From contig MCFH01000013.1 in the NCBI GenBank assembly GCA_002104945.1, positions 186,001 through 250,000 of the forward strand: 64,000 bases of DNA, given 5' to 3'. Below, piece by piece: positions 54,201-64,000 of the stretch (positions are counted from its first letter, which is position 1; each line of letters begins with the position of its first letter). This DNA is from Piromyces finnis finn. Its lineage: Eukaryota > Fungi > Neocallimastigomycota. The translations under genes and the position numbers were made by a program. Under the pieces are notes generated by a model, which ran no database searches, was not told the origin of the DNA, and saw nothing but the letters and a program-made list of their open reading frames with translations.

Positions 54201-57200
54201 AATTCCCACAAATTTTAGTAAACAAATCTACAAAAATTTACCCAGCTCTTCCAAATCCATTAAAACCAAGAGTTAAAGATTTTGATACTTATGAAAAGAA
54301 GAGTTATCTTCACCCAATTAATAAACCAAAATATGCTGTCATTGGTGTTGGTTGTCGTTTCCCAGGTAATATTAAATCAAAGGAAGATTTCTGGGAAATG
54401 CTTACTACTGGAAGATGTCTTACCTCTGAAACTCCAAAGGACCGTTGGGATTCTGCTGAATGGTATAACAAAGAGCCAAAGAGAGGTACTGTTCAAACTA
54501 CTAGAGGTGCATTTATGGAAGATGCCTTCTACTTTGATAATAAGTATTTCTCAATTTCTCAAAATGAAGCTAAGGAAATGTCACCAGAACAACGCTGGTT
54601 ATTAGAATTAGCTGTTGAAACCTTTGAAGATGCTAACATTAATCCAAAGAAATTAAAGGGTTCTAGAACTGGTGTCTTTGTCGGTTCTTCCGGTATGGAT
54701 TTCGTAGCAGCTCAAATTTCTCATGCTAATGATTTAACTCAACACTCTGCTACTGGTCTTGAACTTTCTATTCTTGCCAACCGTATCTCATACTACTTTG
54801 ATTTAAATGGTCCATCTATTTGTACTAACACTGCATGCTCTGCTTCTATGACTGCCTTAAATCTTGCTATTAATTCCATGATTACTGATGATTGTGATGC
54901 AGCTCTTATTGCTGGTACTAATTTATTATTCACTCCAGGTAGTTGTGTTGCATACTCTCAACTTCGTGTTGTCTCTGTTGATGGTTCTTGCAAACCATTT
55001 GATAAGAGGGCTGATGGTTATTCTCGTGTTGAAGGTGCTGGTATGTTATTGATTAAGCCATATGAAAAGGCTGTAAGAGATGGTGATAAAATTTATTGTG
55101 CTATTTTAGGTAGTAGTACTAATGAAGATGGTCATACCCCATCTCTCACTATGCCATCCTATGATTCTCAATGTAAATTATTAACTCATGTTTGTGAAAA
55201 ATTCGACATTGATCCAGCCTCAATTGATTATGTTGAAGCTCACGGTACTGGTACTGCAGTTGGTGATCCAATTGAAGCTCGTTCAATAGGTTATGCCTAT
55301 GGACGCAGAGTTCGTGAAGGTAAACAAATTAAGACTACTCGCCCAGGTGAGACTGAGGAAATTCTTGATCAACCAACCTATCCATTGATCATTGGATCTA
55401 GTAAGGGTAATACTGGTCATGGTGAATATTCTAGTGGTATTATTGGTATGATTAAGGCTGTTTTAATGCTTCACCATCGTACTATGGTTCCAACTATTGC
55501 TCATGAGGAAATGAACCCAGCCATTGATGCTGAAGGTTTAGGTATTAAGGTTGCTACAAAGTTAGAACCATGGACTACTCCGCACACTTTACGTATTGCT
55601 GTTAACTCTTTTGGTTTTGGTGGTTCAAATGGTAATGCCATTTTTGAAGAAGTTGTTAATGAAAAGCCAGAAGATTTAGTTATGAATATCAAAGATGCTA
55701 AGAATCCAGTTGTAGCTACCTTCTCTGCTTACGATGAAAAGACTCTTCAACAACTTTTAAAGAAGTGGAATACTGAAATTCCAAATGAAGATTTATTACA
55801 AGAACTCTTTATTTCTTCTCAATGTCGTGAATATGAAAGTATGCGTTCTGCTATGATATTTAGTTCTATTGACGAAGCTAGATCTCTTATTCAAGAAATG
55901 GCAGAAGGTGATGTTGAAAAGTTCAAGAGACACGAAAAGATTTACATGAAGCGTGTTAAAATCAGTGAAAAACCAGGAATTAACTTTGCTTTCTCTGGTC
56001 AAGGTTCTCAATTTATAAATATGGGTAGACGTATGTATCAAACCAATGATCTCTTTAAGAAGGTTGTCGATTATTGTGCTGCTGTTCTTGTTACTATTAA
56101 TGGCGGTGAAGATATCTTTGAAAAGTATAGCATCTTTAAGGGAGATGTTGCTCAAATTAGCGAAACCGATCTTTCTCTTCCACAATTCTCTGTTCTTGCT
56201 ATTGGTATTGCTCAAATTGCTTTAATTGAAGTTTGGAAGTCTATGGGTGTTACACCAAAGGCTGTCTATGGTCATAGTATGGGTGAAGTTGCTGCTGCTT
56301 ATGCTGCTGGTGTTCTTACTATCGATGATGCTGTCTTATTATTATACATGCGTGGTCATATTCTTGCTCAATTAGATGGTACTGGTAAGGGTATGTTAGC
56401 TCTTGGATGCTCAGTTGAAAATGCTCAACGCTTCATGGCTAATAAGCCAAATGTTTTCATTTCTGCTGTTAACAGTGCTAATTCTATTACTTTAGCCGGG
56501 GATCTTGAACAAATTAATGCTGTTGCAAGAGAAGCTCAAGCTGAAAAACTTTTTGCTGTTGTATTAAAGGTTAAGCAAGCTTTCCATTCTCCATACGTTG
56601 AAGGTGCTGAAAAGGCTTTCAAGGAAAGTATTAGAGGCATTGGTGAACGTACTAAAGCTCCAAATTGTAAGTTTGTTTCTGCTTGTTTTGGTCAAGAATA
56701 TGAAGGTCCATTCGATGAAAATTACTGGTGGGCTAATATTCGTAATCCAGTTAGTTTCCATGCTGCTGCTTCTATTGCTACTCAATTCTCTAAGCGTGTT
56801 TTAGAAATTGGTGCTCATCCAGTTCTTGGTATGTATCTTAAGGAAATCTATGGTAAGGATAACGTCTACTTCTCCTTATCTCGTAAGATGGATGACGTTG
56901 ATAGTATGTGCCGTACTACTGCTAACTTATTCATTGAAAATGCTGTTGATATCCTTGACTACACTCAAATTTGGGATGGTAAGGTTGATCTTTACAATGC
57001 AAAGTCTGGCGTTGCTGTTCCATTAAAGAAGTTACGTTCTATTAATTATGTTCTTCCAAAGCATGTATGGAACCGTAAAGAAATTAGAAAGGTTTACACT
57101 GACTATATTGGTACCAATCCAATTCATGAAATTTACACCACTCGTGAAAATGTTCTTAAGGATATGGGCGTTACTGAAGATGATCTTAAGCTTCTTAAGA

Positions 57201-60200
57201 GCATTAAGGAAGGTAAGGCTACTGTCCCAACCTCAGTAAAGCCAAAACCTGTATCTGCTGCAGCTCCAAAGACCACCTTTATTCCAAGTCAATCTAACAT
57301 TGTCTATAGTTCTGGTAATCAATGGAACTTTGAAAATCATCGTTACCTTCAAGACCATGTTGTTAACAAAAAGATTGTTCTTCCAGCTTGTGGCTCTGTT
57401 AGTCGTGCCTTTAGTGGTTATGCCAATGCTCATCCATTAATGATGGCTCAAAAGGCTATCATTTCTCTTGAAGATTTGAAATTCGATCGTATGGGTATCT
57501 TTGATAAGGCTATTGACTTTAACACTGTTACTGGTCCAATGCCACTCACCTTTAAGGAAGAAGGCAGTACCAATACTTATAAGGTTATATTTAATGAAGA
57601 TACTGAAGTTTCTTCCGGTAAGTTTAACGATGCAGATGAAACTGAAGCCTTAAAGCAAATTCCATCTGCTGATTACTTTATCAAACAATGTTCTTCTGTC
57701 AGTGGTGGACAAGGCGTTACTCCAGACATGTTCTACAACCGTACTCATGAAATTGGTTTAGACTATGGTAAGGAATTCCGTTTATATAAGGCTATACGTT
57801 CTGGTAAGAATGTTGCTTATGGTAAACTTGCTGTTAGTAAGGAACACCAAAAGATGGTTTGTCATCCAGCTGTCTTAGATAACTGTATTCAGATTGTTTT
57901 TGCTTCTGGTGTTGCCTCTGGTGATTGTCAAGCCCTTCCAGTTGGTATGAAGAAGGTTGTTTTAAGTCAAGGTGGTCATTTCCCAGAAGGAACTCTTATT
58001 GTTGCCACTGAATTAGTTAAACAAGATATTAAGGAATGTGTCTCTAATGTTTACATTTATGATGAAAACAAGAATATATTTGGTTTTGTTGAAGGTTTAA
58101 CTATGTCCTTCCGTCGTGGTAGAGCTGAAAAGGCTATTGATTGGATTCATCTCTTAGGTTATGAAGAAAAGGCTCCTACCTCTACTGAAAAATTACCAGT
58201 TGCTTGCCGTAATGTTATTGTTATGTGTACTGAAAGCCAACAAAATGAAGCTAACGCTCTTGCTACTCATATTGGTAGTGTCATTGCTGGTTTACAAAAT
58301 ATTTGGGTATTACCAAATAACCATGTTGAAAATATTCAACAAATGGTTGAAAGTGCAATGATTAAACCAAAAGAAACTTTTGTTATTGATGCAAGCTTTA
58401 TTGATAGCCCAGAAATTGATCGTGCCTTCATGACTCTTAAAACTATGGTTAACTATGAAATCCCAGTTTTATTTGCTGCTTCAAAGTACATCAAGGATGA
58501 ATCTGCTAACTCTCGTGCTATTGCTACTAGTAAAGCTGTTATTGGTATGGTTCGTGCTGCTCGTGCTGAATGCCAAGTTCCATTATTTACTGCTCACGCT
58601 AATCGTTTTGAAGATTTATACTTGGCTGTTTTACGTAGTGATCTCACTATGGATGATCCAGAAGTTGAAATTATTGATGGTAAGGTTCAATGTGTTCGTT
58701 TCATGAAGTTAGACAAGGTTCCAGATGTTAAGTCTACCAATGTTAAGTTAGAAAAGAGTGCTAATGGTCAAATCGGTCAAATGAAGTTTACCGAATGTAT
58801 CGGTCTTCCAAAGTATAATGATGACCAAATTGTTATAAAGACCAAGGGTGTTTCTATGCAATTCAAGGATATCATGACTGCCATGGATACCTTGGTTGGT
58901 TTTGATGACTATGAACCAGGTATGGAATGTATTGGTCGTGTTGTAGCTATTGGTAAGAATGTTGCCAGTGATCCAAAGAATGTATTACAAATTGGTGATC
59001 CAGTCGTTGCTTTTGCCCACAAGTATGGTCATCTTCTTCGTACCTATGGTGTAGCTGATCCACTTTCCGTTCAAAAGATTCCAGAAAGTATGTACAAGGT
59101 TGAATATGCTGGTATCTTTATTGTTTTCATTACTGCTTACTACAGTTTACACGTTCGTGCTGGTGGTATTAAACCAGGTCAAACCATTTTAATTCATGCT
59201 GCTGCTGGAGGTGTTGGTCAAGCTGCTGTTAAGTTATGTCAACTCTGGGGTGCTAACATTATTGCCTCAGCATCAGCTTCTAAACAACAATTCCTTCGTG
59301 ACACCTATGGTATTGAACATGTCACCAACTCTCGTGATCCAGAACAATTCTACAGTGATGTTATGAAATGGACCAATGGTAAGGGTGTTGACTTTGTCTT
59401 AAACTCTCTCTCTGGAAAGAGTCTCCGTATGGGTATTAAATGCTTAAAGAACGGTGGTAAGTTTGTTGAAATTGGAAAAACTGATATCTTGAATGATAGT
59501 CAATTAGGTTTACATTGTCTCCTTAACAATATTTCCTTCATTTCTTCTCACATTGACCTTCTCAACAACCAACAAATGAGTTTCTACAAGAACATTATCT
59601 TTGATATGTTTAAAACCGGAAAACTTACTCCAATTCCAGCCAAGATCTTCTCAGCTAACAAATATAAAGAAGCCTTCTTCTATCTTGCTAGTGGTAGAAA
59701 TGTTGGTAAAACTTGCATTGAATTCCAAGACAATGTTGCCATTGACTGTAATCCAGTAACTATTGTCGATCCAAACTTAACCTATCTTGTTACTGGTGCC
59801 TTTGGTGGTGTTGGTTTAAGAGTTGTTCTTTGGTTAGTTAGCCGTGGTGCAAAGAACCTTTTATTAACTACTAGTGGATCAGTTGAAAAGCAATATGAAC
59901 AACCAATTATTCGTTCTTTAATTGAAAAGGGAGTCAATGTTATGATTAAGACCTGTGATATCACTGATTACAACAATGTTCAACAATTATTCCAACAAAC
60001 TCAACCAAGAGTTGCTGGTGTCTTCCATTTAGCTAATCGTTTTGCTCCAGGTTTAATTAGTACTTCTGACCTTGCTTTACTTCGTAAGGGCTTTAATGCT
60101 AAGGCTGAAGGTGCTTGGAACTTACACAAGGTTACTGCTCAAAAGCAACATCAAGTTCAACTCTTTGTTGTCTTTTCTTCTATTCTTGACGTTTTAGGTA

Positions 60201-63200
60201 ACCGTGGTCAAACCGCCTATGGTGCTGCTAATGCCTTCTTAAGTTCTATCATTGATCACCGTAGAGAAAATGGTCTTTCTGGTAATTGTATCGCTCTTCC
60301 AGCTATGCGTGGTTCTGGTTACTTGGCTAAATGGAACCAAACTAAGCAATCTAAGGAATTTGAACAATTAATTGCCCTTCTTGATACCGATGAATTAGTC
60401 AATGTTATGGATGGTTTAATTCGTTACGATCTTCCAGCTAATGTTTACATGGCTAAGGATTGGTCAGATATGTCTTACAATGCCGAATTTGTTGCTCCAG
60501 TAACTCGTAGTATTTCTCACTTACGTGGTGTTAACCCACTTCCAATGGTTACTTATCCAATGGAAAAGAAACTTGATCTTCCATCCTTAATTAAGAATGG
60601 TGGTGGTTTCTATATGGCTGAACCAACTTCTATTCCAAAACCATCTGCTGCTCCAGTTCGTTCCTTTACTCCAGTTTCTGTTAAATCATTCAGTCCAGCT
60701 CCAATAAATCCAGTTCCAGTTCGTTCCTTTGTTTCTGGTTCTGCTGCCCAAGTTGCTGCACCAGTTTCTGTTCAACCAAGAGTTGCTCCAGTTGCCGCTC
60801 CAGTTGCTGCTGTTCAACCAAGAGCTGCTCCAGTTCCAGTTGCTGCTTCAGCTCCAGTTGCCCCAGTTGCTGCTGCTAAGCCATCTAGTGGTCTCAACAA
60901 GGATAAATTAACTAAGGATATCTCTGAAAAGTTACAAAGTATGTTAGGTTTAATTGATGAAGAAATTGATGTTACTATTCCACTTCGTGTCTACGGTTTA
61001 GATTCCTTAACTGCTATGGAATTAACCAAATGGATTGAAAGTGAAATGAATATTGAATTCAGTCAAAGTCAATTATTAGGAGATGATATTACTACTGAAG
61101 ATTTAATTAATGTTATTATGGAAGGTTCATCTTCAGCACCAGTTGCAGTTCCAGCTGTTGCTCAACCAGCTGTTGCTCCAGTTGTTGCTCAACCATTTAT
61201 TGCTCCAGCTCCAGTTTCTGTTCCAGTTTCTGCCCCAGTTGCTGTTCAACCAAGATCATTCCAACCAACTCCAGTTGCCTCTGTTCAACCAAGAGCTGCT
61301 CCAGTTCCAGTTGCTGCTTCAGCTCCAGTTGCCCCAGTTGCTGCTGCTAAGCCATCTAGTGGTCTTAACAAGGATAAATTAACTAAGGATATCTCTGAAA
61401 AGTTACAAAGTATGTTAGGTTTAATTGATGAAGAAATTGATGTTACTATTCCACTTCGTGTCTACGGTTTAGATTCCTTAACTGCTATGGAATTAACCAA
61501 ATGGATTGAAAGTGAAATGAACATTGAATTCAGTCAAAGTCAATTATTAGGAGATGATATTACTACTGAAGATTTAATTAATGTCATTATGGAAGGTTCA
61601 TCTTCAGCTCCAGTTGCTGCACCAGTTGCTGCACCAGTTGCCGCTCCAGTTGCCGCTCCAGTTGTTGCTCAATCATTTGTTGCTCCAGCTCCAGTTTCTG
61701 TTCCAGTTTCTGCCCCAGTTGCTGTTCAACCAAGATCATTCCAACCAACCCCAGTTGCTTCTGTTCAACCAAGAGTTGCTCCAGTTCCAGTTACTGCTTC
61801 AGCTCCAGTTGCCCCAGTTGCTGCTGCTAAGCCATCTAGTGGTCTCAACAAGGGTAAATTAACTAAGGATATCTCTGAAAAGCTACAAAGTATGTTAGGT
61901 TTAATTGATGAAGAAATTGATGTTACTATTCCACTTCGTGTCTACGGTTTAGATTCCTTAACTGCTATGGAATTAACCAAATGGATTGAAAGTGAAATGA
62001 ACATTGAATTCAGTCAAAGTCAATTATTAGGAGATGATATTACTACTGAAGATTTAATTAATGTCATTATGGAAGGTTCATCTTCAGCTCCAGTTGCTGC
62101 ACCAGTTGCTGCACCAGTTGTCGCTCCAGTTGTTGCTCAATCATTTGTTGCTCCAGCTCCAGTTTCTGTTCCAGTTTCTGCCCCAGTTGCTGTTCAACCA
62201 AGATCATTCCAACCAACCCCAGTTGCTTCTGTTCAACCAAGAGTTGCTCCAGTTCCAGTTACTGCTTCAGCTCCAGTTGCCCCAGTTGCTGCTGCTAAGC
62301 CATCTAGTGGTCTCAACAAGGGTAAATTAACTAAGGATATCTCTGAAAAGCTACAAAGTATGTTAGGTTTAATTGATGAAGAAATTGATGTTACTATTCC
62401 ACTTCGTGTCTATGGTTTAGATTCCTTAACTGCTATGGAATTAACCAAATGGATTGAAAGTGAAATGAATATTGAATTCAGTCAAAGTCAATTATTAGGA
62501 GATGATATTACTACTGAAGATTTAATTAATGTTATTATGGAAGGTTCATCTTCAGCTCCAGTTGCTGCACCAGTTGCTGCACCAGTTGTCGCTCAATCAT
62601 TTGTTGCTCCAGCTCCAGTTTCTGTTCCAGTTTCTGCCCCAGTTGCTGTTCAACCAAGATCATTCCAACCAACTCCAGTTGCCTCTGTTCAACCAAGAGC
62701 TGCTCCAGTTCCAGTTGCTGCTTCAGCTCCAGTTGCCCCAGTTGCTGCTGCTAAGCCATCTAGTGGTCTCAACAAGGATAAATTAACTAAGGATATCTCT
62801 GAAAAGTTACAAAGTATGTTAGGTTTAATTGATGAAGAAATTGATGTTACTATTCCACTTCGTGTCTACGGTTTAGATTCCTTAACTGCTATGGAATTAA
62901 CCAAATGGATTGAAAGTGAAATGAACATTGAATTCAGTCAAAGTCAATTATTAGGAGATGATATTACTACTGAAGATTTAATTAATGTCATTATGGAAGG
63001 TTCATCTTCAGCTCCAGTTGCTGCACCAGTTGCCGCTCCAGTTGTTGCTCAATCATTTGTTGCTCCAGCTCCAGTTTCTGTTCCAGTTTCTGCCCCAGTT
63101 GCTGTTCAACCAAGATCATTCCAACCAACTCCAGTTGCCTCTGTTCAACCAAGAGCTGCTCCAGTTCCAGTTACTGCTTCAGCTCCAGTTGTCCCAGTTG

Positions 63201-64000
63201 CTGCTGCTAAGCCATCTAGTGGTCTCAACAAGGATAAATTAACTAAGGATATTTCTGAAAAGTTACAAAGTATGTTAGGTTTAATTGATGAAGAAATTGA
63301 TGTTACTATTCCACTTCGTGTCTACGGTTTAGATTCCTTAACTGCTATGGAATTAACCAAATGGATTGAAAGTGAAATGAACATTGAATTCAGTCAAAGT
63401 CAATTATTAGGAGATGATATTACTACTGAAGATTTAATTAATGTCATTATGGAAGGTTCATCTTCAGCTCCAGTTGCTGTTCCAGCTGTTGCTCCAGCAC
63501 CAGTTGCTGCCCCAGTTGCTGTTCAACCAAGATCATTCCAACCAACTCCAGTTGCCGCTCCAATAACTGTAGTATCTGCTCCTGTAGTTGCTCCAACCCC
63601 AATTAGATCAATCCAACCAACTCCAGTCGTTGCTCCAGTCGTTGCCCCAGTTGCCGCTGCTAAGCCATCTAGTGATCTCAACAAGGATAAATTAACTAAG
63701 GATATCTCTGAAAAGTTACAAAGCATGTTAGGTTTAATTGATGAAGAAATTGATGTTACTATTCCACTTCGTGTCTACGGTTTAGATTCCTTAACTGCTA
63801 TGGAATTAACCAAATGGATTGAAAGTGAAATGAATATTGAATTCAGTCAAAGTCAATTATTAGGAGATGATATTACTACTGAAGATTTAATTAATGTTAT
63901 TATGGAAGGTTCATCTTCAGCTCCAGCTGCTGTTTCAGTTGCTTCCCCAATTCAATCAAAATCATTTCAACCAGTAAGTGCAATGAATAGTATATTATCT
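52270..64000 (+). CDS. Alpha-oxoamine synthase-fused highly reducing type I PKS (AOS-KS-AT-DH-ER-KR-ACP x>=7), 3'-partial; exons 52270-52470, 52645-52846, 52944-53177, 53285-53377, 53676->64000 (~3685 aa in window)
   Basis: Four GT-AG introns with compatible phases. All motifs checked in exon 5 lie in one frame through to the window end (..SAMNSILS). AOS, KS, AT, DH, ER, KR and ACP motifs are recognisable. Missing from the ORF track because there is no stop codon in the window. Confidence 0.95.
54332..55650 (+). other. Ketosynthase domain
   Basis: YAVIGVGCRFPG, MSPEQRWLLE, GPSICTNTACSAS (Cys 54836), VEAHGTGT (His 55241), SSKGNTGHGE (His 55418), NSFGFGGSNG. Confidence 0.95.
55975..56930 (+). 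other. Acyltransferase domain, probably malonyl-CoA
   Basis: FAFSGQGSQ, GHSMGE (Ser 56276), QAFHSP, NIRNPVSF, LEIGAHPVL. Confidence 0.92.
57300..58120 (+). other. Dehydratase domain
   Basis: YLQDHVVNKKIVLP (His 57356), LDYGKEFR, HPAVLDNCIQ (Asp 57878). Confidence 0.85.
58740..59730 (+). other. Enoylreductase domain
   Basis: GMECIGRVVAIG, TAYYSL, ILIHAAAGGVGQAAV, GVDFVLNSL, GGKFVEIGK, GRNVGK. Confidence 0.92.
59780..60420 (+). other. Ketoreductase domain
   Basis: YLVTGAFGGVG (NADPH), CDIT, AKAEGAWNLH (Lys), FVVFSS, GQTAYGAAN (Tyr 60218). Confidence 0.92.
60900..63910 (+). repeat. Seven tandem near-identical ACP domains separated by Pro/Ala/Val-rich linkers
   Basis: GLDSL phosphopantetheinylation Ser codons at 61004, 61475, 61955, 62423, 62879, 63335 and 63788; spacings 471, 480, 468, 456, 456 and 453 bp, all multiples of 3. 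Confidence 0.97.

Noticed and set aside
54282-63726. Numerous short track ORFs within the PKS region, including repeated MLLWKVHLQ.. ORFs
   Set aside because: Off-frame or antisense shadows of the single long PKS exon and its ACP-linker repeats.

Overview
Extremely AT-rich, intron-rich eukaryotic DNA; composition, microsatellites and gene content suggest an anaerobic gut fungus (Neocallimastigomycota), which is an inference. All gene calls are by-eye comparisons with remembered family motifs; no searches were run. The left ~48 kb holds spliced genes: a partial low-complexity gene, INTS5-like, SEC22, a SAPS/PP6 regulatory subunit, NEDD1-like, twinfilin, an NAA80-like acetyltransferase, a secreted mucin-like protein with a 6-Cys C-terminal domain, PIG-X/Pbn1 and CLASRP-like. 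There is also an apparently full-length, intact APE-RT LINE with a 15-bp target-site duplication. The main result, from 52270 to the window end, is a megasynthase that the ORF track misses because it has no stop codon in the window. An N-terminal PLP-dependent alpha-oxoamine synthase (AOS) domain is fused in frame to a highly reducing type I PKS (KS-AT-DH-ER-KR) followed by at least 7 near-identical ACPs. This looks like a one-gene route to sphingoid-like amino-lipids. Other notable items: a likely AT-AC (U12) minor intron in CLASRP, hairpin-rich tandem repeats at the LINE 5' end, and a circularly permuted inverted duplication.
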